Assembly (NCBI RefSeq): GCF_018350175.1
Contig: NC_058373.1
Span: forward strand, 103,976,001-104,040,000
Source of the DNA: Felis catus
Lineage: Eukaryota
DNA: 64,000 nt
Direction: 5' to 3'
This document shows positions 62,871-64,000 of this stretch, in pieces (position 1 is the first letter of the stretch; each line of letters opens with the position of its first letter). The translations under genes and the position numbers were made by a program. Below the pieces are notes generated by a model, which saw only the letters and a list, made by a program, of their open reading frames with translations, had not been told where the DNA came from and did not search any database.

Positions 62871-63132
62871 CTGCCATTGCGCCAGCATTCGGAGGATTTC
62901 TAATTAGCCCCAGTAAAACTGTTGTATGCATTTCCAAACATTCTACTGCCAGGGCTAATACATTTTTACATGGCAGCTGAAATAAGTCTAAACTACTCAT
63001 AGGTATAAAATTAAAAGCATTAAGCTGATGAAGAGCTGGACTGAAAAGGTTCTTGAAATTTTCATGGGAGCAAGAGATACTCCCCAAAGTTGCCTTGTTC
63101 AGTTTTAGTAATTGACAAATGATCACCTCAGT

Positions 63133-63357
63133 CAGGGATTAGCAGACTATGGGATGGGGATCAAATCTGGTCTGCTACCTGTTTTTATAAATACAAGTTT
63201 TATTGGAACACAGCCATGTTCACTTATTTATGTGTTGTCTATGGCTGCTTTTCCACCACAATGGTAGAGTTCAGTAGTTGCAACAAAGGTCATATGGCCC
63301 TACAAAGCCTATAATAGATACCATTTTGCTCTTTACAGAAAAGTTTGCACAACCCCG
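63133..63357 (+). mobile_element. MER58A (hAT-Charlie MITE)
   Basis: 'cagggattagcagactatgg...gttttattggaacacagccatg...tatggctgcttt...ctttacagaaaagtttgcacaacccc'. Confidence 0.85.
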
Positions 63358-64000
63358 ATGTAAAACTTCTGCTAAAATAAATGTTTAAACATGATCTAGT
63401 AGCAAAGCATTTCCTAATATGCCAGACAATGTATGTCTGTGTAGAGCACAATCCAATCATCCTTATTCTGGGTACCCCAACACTTGTTTCTTAATGTTGG
63501 CTTGCTTTAAGCTTTCCCCAAATCTTAGGAACTGCATAATATCTGCAAGCATATGAATTAAAAATATCCTGGCTACTGGCATTATCTCCTCTGGATTTCT
63601 AAATTCTACTGTACATATTTTTTCGTGGAGTATGATCTAAACTTAAGAGTAGAGTATATCCATATATTTCTTTAAATAATAAACTCCTTCAAAATAGAAA
63701 AAGTAGTCAATCAGTGTAAGAAATAAAAATAAAAAGCTCAATACAGATATTATGGGGGAAAATATATCTTACTCATTGTCAAAGTCAATTGCAGTGCAAA
63801 ATTATATTTAATTTTCCATTCATTACAGTAAAATCGCACAAAGTCTGAGTCTTTCCAAATAATTTTTAACAATATAATTTTTCCAGAAATGGGAAAACCA
63901 GGATCTTTACAGAAATTTTAAAGCTCTAAGATTTTTTAAAAATTCAATATTTCGTTCAGGTTCCCATGTAGAAAGCTAATGTGTATAATTTTCTGGTCTT

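Overview
Mammalian non-coding DNA, almost certainly felid (domestic-cat-like): I count about 58 tRNA-derived carnivore SINEs (Can-SINE/SINEC), and the youngest match the Felis SINEC_Fc type as I recall it. The window also holds old L1M, L2 and MIR fragments, hAT and Tigger DNA-transposon fossils (MER3, MER33, MER45A, MER58A, Arthur1A/MER69A-like, MamRep434-like), ERVL/MaLR LTR remnants and one ERV1-type solo LTR. No protein-coding exon, RNA gene or CRISPR array can be supported; the ORF track is mostly SINE read-through and chance ORFs. The window looks like a gene desert or a large intron, and I cannot name the host locus. Between the repeat clusters lie transposon-poor unique blocks rich in transcription-factor motifs (about 19.5-20.3, 29.8-30.1, 39.6-40.2 and 42.7-48.8 kb). 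I find no convincing new biological system. The best observations are (1) repeated reuse of the same SINE target sites, shown by triplicated or degenerate TSDs; (2) a telomere-variant G-quadruplex repeat; (3) an LTR nested in a Tigger fossil; and (4) a CRE/GC-box/FOX/ETS promoter-like module inside a SINE-free island. Repeat family names come from recalled consensus sequences, not a search, and boundaries are approximate.
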